Assembly (NCBI RefSeq): GCF_000186885.1
Contig: NC_014972.1
Coordinates: forward strand, 2,220,001 to 2,252,000
Length of the DNA stretch: 32,000 nt
DNA from: Desulfobulbus propionicus DSM 2032
Lineage (GTDB): Bacteria; Desulfobacterota; Desulfobulbia; Desulfobulbales; Desulfobulbaceae
Reading direction: 5' to 3'
Positions 27,490 to 32,000 of this stretch are shown in pieces. How positions within the stretch are numbered: position 1 is the stretch's first letter; each line of letters begins with the position of its first letter. Under the pieces are notes generated by a model that was not told where the DNA came from, did no database searches, and worked only from the letters and a program-made list of their open reading frames with translations. The position numbers were made by a program, and so were the translations under genes.

Positions 27490-28718
27490 CCGATATTCGC
27501 ACCCTGGACCTGCGCTATGGACGCGACCGTCTCCAGTTCACCGTCCCTGGTCATGCCGACATCCTCGATATTCGCGAGCCACGGGCCACGGTCAGCCGCG
27601 CCTCGTTTCTCGACGGTGTGTACCGTTTACTGCCGTCCTCCCTGCCGCCGGGCCCCATTGCCATTGTCGTCGCCGACAAAACCCGCCTCTGCGACTATCC
27701 CTTGGTCCTGCCCTGGCTGATTGAAGCCCTTCTGGCGCGGGGCGCGCAACACGAACAGATCTGCTTTTATATCGCCTACGGCACCCACAGCCGGCAGAGC
27801 GAGGAAGAATCGCTGGCTGCCTACGGTCCCCTGTACCGCGATTTTCCCTTCATCCACCACCAATGCACCGAACCGGATCGGTTCATTGACCTGGGGCGGA
27901 CCAGTCGCGGCACACCGGCACGCATTCGCAAGGAGTTGCCCGATGCCGAACTGCTCATTACCGTAGGAGCGATTTCCCATCACTATTTCGCGGGATTCGG
28001 CGGTGGCCGCAAACTGCTCTTTCCCGGCTTGGGCGAGCGGGAGGCAATCTATCACAATCATCGGCTGTTTCTCGACCCCCAGCGCCGCGCCTTGACCCAG
28101 GATTGCCAGCCTGGCCAGATTGCCGGCAATCCGGTCGCCGAGGATCTGGCGGAAATCGAGCGGATGTTGCCGCCGTATCATGCCATCCACGGCCTGCTCG
28201 ACAGCCACGGAAGGGTGGCCGCCTTCCGTTTCGGCAACTCACCCGCCGATTTCCTCGCCGTCTGCAACGAGCATGACGCCCTCTACCGTGCGGCAACGAA
28301 CAAACAATATGAATTGGTCCTGGCCTCGGCAGGCGGTTATCCCAAGGACATCAACATGATTCAGACCCACAAGGCCATTGACAACGCGGCCGCCTTTGTC
28401 CGTGACGGCGGCACCCTGATCCTGCTGGCCGAGTGTGCCGATGGTCTTGGCTCTTCCACCTTTCTCCCATATTTCGATCTGGGGAGCCGGCGGGCGGCCT
28501 TTGATCGCCTGGCCGCCAAGTACAGCGGCAACGGCGGCACGGCCCTGGCGATGATGGCCAAAACCGAGCGCATCCGCATCTGTCTGGTCACCGCGTTGGC
28601 GGATTCCCTGTGCCGACGAATCGGCATTGGCCGCATCAGCGGCCACCAAGCGGCCGAACAGGCCGCCCAGGCAGGTGAATTGGCGGTGATCGCCAATGCC
28701 TCGATGCTGATTCGCTGA
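27486..28718 (+). CDS. larA: Lactate racemase LarA-like (nickel-pincer family) protein
   Basis: VVADKTRLCDY, YGTHSRQSEEE, TVGAISHHYFAGFGGGRKLLFPGLGEREAIYHNH and ASAGGYPKDINMIQTHKAIDNA. ATG at 27486 overlaps glcF stop; frame open from 27129. Confidence 0.88.
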   Translation: MTDIRTLDLRYGRDRLQFTVPGHADILDIREPRATVSRASFLDGVYRLLPSSLPPGPIAIVVADKTRLCDYPLVLPWLIEALLARGAQHEQICFYIAYGTHSRQSEEESLAAYGPLYRDFPFIHHQCTEPDRFIDLGRTSRGTPARIRKELPDAELLITVGAISHHYFAGFGGGRKLLFPGLGEREAIYHNHRLFLDPQRRALTQDCQPGQIAGNPVAEDLAEIERMLPPYHAIHGLLDSHGRVAAFRFGNSPADFLAVCNEHDALYRAATNKQYELVLASAGGYPKDINMIQTHKAIDNAAAFVRDGGTLILLAECADGLGSSTFLPYFDLGSRRAAFDRLAAKYSGNGGTALAMMAKTERIRICLVTALADSLCRRIGIGRISGHQAAEQAAQAGELAVIANASMLIR

Positions 28719-28871
28719 CGCGCTTGAGCCAATGGCCTGGAGGCCCACAGCGTGGTTGTCACCGTCCGTGCTTTTGCCTGTTGCCAGTTGCTGTCGCCCA
28801 TGCTATGGAATGGCCCTGTATTCATTGGCCGCAACTACGATACCCTGTTTGCAGATTGATTGGAAAAATCC

Positions 28872-30221
28872 ATGACTCCCCAGAAAAAGAACCCGCTCTT
28901 CAGCCTCTTTGCCTCGGTCGAACTGGCCCTGTTTCTGCTTTTTCTCCTGGCAACCACCTCAATCATCGGCACCCTGATCCCGCAAAACAGTCCGCCTGAT
29001 TTCTATATCCAGCGATACGGACATAAGACGGCTCAGCTGCTGCGATTGCTCGACATCCCGGACATGTACAACTCCTGGTGGTTTCTTGCCCTTCTCGCCC
29101 TGTTCGCCTTGAATCTCGTGGTCTGCAGCCTGGAACGCATCCCCCAGGTGGTCCGCACCTTGCGCCGGGATGGCTTGGCCGTGGCTCCCGAACAACTGCC
29201 CAAATTTCCCCTTCACCGGGAGGTTTGCCTTCCCCTTGGCGTGGAGACGGCGGCCGGCCAGGTGGCCGCCCTGTTCAATACCCATGGCTGGCGAACCAGG
29301 GAGGCCGCCACGGCAACAGGCCGCCTTCTTTTTGCCCAGAAAGGAGGGTGGACTCGTTTCGGTGTCTACGTGGTCCACTGCTCGATTCTGATCATCCTCG
29401 TCGGCGCCCTGATCGGTTCTTCGAAAGTGGCCCGCAACGTGTTGCACAATCCTCATTTTGCCTTCAAAGGATCCGTCATGCTTCCGGAAGGGGAAAGCAC
29501 CAATCACATTGTGGCCTTCAAGAGCGGTGAGCACATCGATCTTGATTTCCATCTGCGGTGCAATGCCTTTACCATCGAGTACTATCCCAACGGCATGCCC
29601 AAATCCTATCGTTCCGAGGTGACGATTATCGAAAACGGCCAGCCAGTGCGCGATGCAGTCATCAAGGTCAACCAGCCCCTGACCTATAAAGGAGTCACCT
29701 TTTACCAATCCAGCTACCAACCCTATCAACATTACCGTGTTGCCCTGAACAAGCAGGGGGGTGACGCGACCACCGCGACCATTGCCGCCGCCCAACAGAT
29801 GGACTGGCCCGAGGCCGGAATCAGTTACGGCATCATCAACCGGGAAAGCCAGGGCGAGGTCACCCGGAGGCTGAAGATCTGGTTCAGCGACAACCAGGGC
29901 GAACCGTCGGTGTTCTGGGTCAATGCTGGCCAGGAGGCGGTTGTCGAGCGGCCCTCCGGCACCTATACCCTGACCCTGAATCAGTTGTACGCCACCGGCC
30001 TCCAGGCAACCAAAGATCCAGGCGTTTGGCTGGTGTATGGGGGATGTCTGCTGATGCTGATCGGTCTGTACATCGCCTTTTTCCTGTCGCACCGCAAACT
30101 GTATGCCTTTGTCGAAGGCGAAGGAAACGGCTGCCGCATCCTTTTCGCTGGTGAAGCCAATAAAAACAAGGTAGGTTTTGAGAATACTTTTTCAGAGCTT
30201 ATCAATACCTTACAGAAATAA
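28872..30221 (+). CDS. resB: ResB/Ccs1 cytochrome c biogenesis protein
   Basis: FSLFASVELALFLLFLLATTSIIGTLIPQN, FYNSWWFLALLALFALNLVVCSLERIP-like segment and VYVVHCSILIILVGALIGS. Confidence 0.9.
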   Translation: MTPQKKNPLFSLFASVELALFLLFLLATTSIIGTLIPQNSPPDFYIQRYGHKTAQLLRLLDIPDMYNSWWFLALLALFALNLVVCSLERIPQVVRTLRRDGLAVAPEQLPKFPLHREVCLPLGVETAAGQVAALFNTHGWRTREAATATGRLLFAQKGGWTRFGVYVVHCSILIILVGALIGSSKVARNVLHNPHFAFKGSVMLPEGESTNHIVAFKSGEHIDLDFHLRCNAFTIEYYPNGMPKSYRSEVTIIENGQPVRDAVIKVNQPLTYKGVTFYQSSYQPYQHYRVALNKQGGDATTATIAAAQQMDWPEAGISYGIINRESQGEVTRRLKIWFSDNQGEPSVFWVNAGQEAVVERPSGTYTLTLNQLYATGLQATKDPGVWLVYGGCLLMLIGLYIAFFLSHRKLYAFVEGEGNGCRILFAGEANKNKVGFENTFSELINTLQK

Positions 30222-30272
30222 TTCAGTTTCGGCGCCCCTTTCCCGGGCATTCTCTCTGGTATCGAGTCGACT

Positions 30273-31121
30273 ATGGACAGTTCTCAACTTTTTGGCGTGA
30301 CCATGATGGCCTATATCCTGGCCGCCGCCTTTTACCTCGGGTTGTTTCTCTTTAAAAGCAAGCGCATGGGACTGATCGGCCTGTTGCTGGCGATCGGCGG
30401 CCTCCTGGTGCAGACCGTGGCCATCGGCTTGCGCTGGCACGAGTCCTACCAGATGGGCGTCGGCCATGCGCCGCTGACTAACATGTATGAATCGCTGATC
30501 TTTTTCGCTTGGTGCACCACCCTGTTTTATCTTGGCCTGGAGTTTCGCTTCAAGACGAGGGTGATGGGGGCCTTTGTAATGCCCTGTGTGGCCATGGCCA
30601 TGGCCTACGCCTCGCTGTCCGATCGAATCGACGACCAAATCAGCCCATTGATTCCGGCCTTGCAATCGAATTGGCTGATCGCCCACGTGGTCACCTGTTT
30701 CATCGGCTATGGCGCTTTTGTGGTGGCCGGTGGTTTGGGGATGATGTATCTGCTCAAGCAATCCGTGTCGAACACCCCCCAGAAGGCCTCACTGTTCGAT
30801 GCCTTGCCGGCATTGAAGGTGATCGACGATCTAACCCATAAAACCATTGTCTTCGGCTTCATCTGGCTGACGGCGGGGATCATCACCGGCGCCATCTGGG
30901 CGAACGAGGCCTGGGGTACCTACTGGAGTTGGGATCCCAAGGAAACCTGGTCGATCATCACCTGGTTTCTGTATGCCTCAACCCTGCATGCCCGGTTCAC
31001 CCGGGGCTGGCGGGGACGACGCATCGCCTGGTTGGCCATTCTCGGACTTTTCGCCGTCTTTTTCACCTACTTTGGCGTGAATTTTCTTCTCTCCGGCCTG
31101 CACAGCTACGGTTCGGTGTGA
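30273..31121 (+). CDS. ccsA: CcsA/ResC cytochrome c biogenesis protein
   Basis: APLTNMYESLIFFAW, IWANEAWGTYWSWDPKETWSIITWFLYASTLHARFTRGWRG (WWD-type motif) and about eight TM segments. Confidence 0.94.
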   Translation: MDSSQLFGVTMMAYILAAAFYLGLFLFKSKRMGLIGLLLAIGGLLVQTVAIGLRWHESYQMGVGHAPLTNMYESLIFFAWCTTLFYLGLEFRFKTRVMGAFVMPCVAMAMAYASLSDRIDDQISPLIPALQSNWLIAHVVTCFIGYGAFVVAGGLGMMYLLKQSVSNTPQKASLFDALPALKVIDDLTHKTIVFGFIWLTAGIITGAIWANEAWGTYWSWDPKETWSIITWFLYASTLHARFTRGWRGRRIAWLAILGLFAVFFTYFGVNFLLSGLHSYGSV

Positions 31122-31164
31122 GCACGCCAGCGACCTCGCAGGGTCGCACGACTCCCCTGGAGGC

Positions 31165-31194
31165 TTGACAAACAACCCGGCGGCGAGCTATACA
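31165..31194 (+). promoter_or_regulatory. Candidate sigma70-type promoter for the cytochrome c gene
   Basis: TTGACA (31165-31170), 18-nt spacer, TATACA (31189-31194). Confidence 0.55.
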
Positions 31195-31263
31195 TTTTCG
31201 CAGCGGTTATCCTGTGGTTGTCATGAATAACATTTCAAGAATATTGAAAGAAGGAGGAGGAGC

Positions 31264-31656
31264 ATGAAAAAATGGCTTGCTTGCGGAGCTGTCCTGGCGG
31301 TTTGTTGCGCACCTTGCCTGATGGGCATCGCACAGGCCGCCGACAACGGCCCGGCGGAAATCACCCTGCAGTCCACCATTGATCCGGCCAAGACCCCGAA
31401 ACCGGCACAATTTCCCCATGCGGCCCATCAAAGCCGGTTGGAATGCAAGACCTGCCATCACAGCAAGGGGGCCGATGGCAAACGCATTTCCTATGAGGAA
31501 GGACAAAAGATCGAAAAATGCGAGACGTGCCACAACAGCAAGGCCGGTATGCCGGAAAAGCTTGGCACCTTTAAAAACGCGGCCCATGCCCTGTGTCAGG
31601 ACTGCCACAAAAAGAACAAGCCGGAACTGGCGAAATGCACGGTTTGCCATAAATAA
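31264..31656 (+). CDS. Periplasmic tetrahaem cytochrome c (class III / c3-like)
   Basis: Signal peptide; CKTCH, CETCH, CQDCH and CTVCH motifs, with exactly 8 His in the ORF. AAGGAGGAGGAG SD. Confidence 0.93.
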   Translation: MKKWLACGAVLAVCCAPCLMGIAQAADNGPAEITLQSTIDPAKTPKPAQFPHAAHQSRLECKTCHHSKGADGKRISYEEGQKIEKCETCHNSKAGMPEKLGTFKNAAHALCQDCHKKNKPELAKCTVCHK

Positions 31657-31691
31657 GGCAAGAAACTGGATCGTTTTGCCTGTTGCCCAAC

Positions 31692-31741
31692 GGCCCAACA
31701 AAAAAGGCTGCCCGAAACCGGGCAGCCTTTTTTGTTGGGCC
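31692..31741. terminator. Bidirectional rho-independent terminator
   Basis: GGCCCAACAAAAAAGGCTGCCCG-AAAC-CGGGCAGCCTTTTTTGTTGGGCC, perfect 23 bp stem with A6/T6 tracts, between convergent genes. Confidence 0.93.
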
Positions 31742-31781
31742 TGTTCACATGACGGGGTCAGACAATCGCCTCCTTGGCCGC

Positions 31782-32000
31782 TCACCCTTCCTTCTCGACA
31801 TGCATCCGGGAAATATCACCGACGCGAAGAACCAACTCGCCCAGCGCGGTGAGCAAATTAAGCCGGTTCTGCCGAACCGCTTCGTCCTCGGCCATGACCA
31901 TGACCTTGTCAAAAAATCGGTCGACCGGTTCCTTCATTTCCAGCATCTCCAACAGGGCGGGTTGATATTCCCGTTGTTCGATCATTGGCCACGCCTTTTC
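31782..32000 (-). CDS. glyS: Glycyl-tRNA synthetase beta subunit, C-terminal fragment (continues beyond window)
   Basis: EPVDRFFDKVMVMAEDEAVRQNRLNLLTALGELVLRVGDIS is the typical C-terminus. Frame stays open to the window edge. Confidence 0.88.
   Translation of the reverse strand, partial: EKAWPMIEQREYQPALLEMLEMKEPVDRFFDKVMVMAEDEAVRQNRLNLLTALGELVLRVGDISRMHVEKEG

Noticed and set aside
1-32000. Defence system, prophage or transposon
   Set aside because: No integrase, transposase, terminal repeats, CRISPR spacing or nuclease/toxin motifs seen in the ORFs I accept. The Sir2 protein stands alone with a typical full deacylase layout rather than a fused defence architecture.

Overview
This is a GC-rich bacterial chromosomal window. 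Gene content (tetrahaem cytochrome c3-like protein, ResB/CcsA, lactate-oxidation genes, short ArgA-type GNAT) suggests a sulfate-reducing or Desulfobulbus-like deltaproteobacterium; that assignment is inference. The window is mostly housekeeping and metabolic genes. A minus-strand run (8648->1158) encodes a membrane protein, alr, argS, two small membrane proteins, an ArgA-like acetyltransferase and secA. It converges on ppk2 at a hairpin. Plus-strand genes include a Cys-containing small protein, a DUF2156-type protein, a P1-family peptidase, a lipocalin and a LysE-type exporter. The most unusual block is a minus-strand locus (20484->about 14138, possibly to 12906). It encodes a TackOD1-like zinc-ribbon protein with a degenerate GGDEF domain, a processive-type GT2 glycosyltransferase, a TolC-type outer-membrane protein fused to a C-terminal TIM-barrel (glycoside-hydrolase-like) domain, an HlyD-type adaptor, a small Tyr-rich lipoprotein and an acyltransferase. 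I read it as a candidate exopolysaccharide synthesis/secretion system. The right part carries a Sir2-family protein, pdxH, an atypical MscS-family channel with two beta-domain-like units, a coupled glcD-glcF-larA lactate cluster, resB-ccsA, a tetrahaem cytochrome c and the 3' end of glyS. I saw no CRISPR array, tRNA, rRNA or mobile element.
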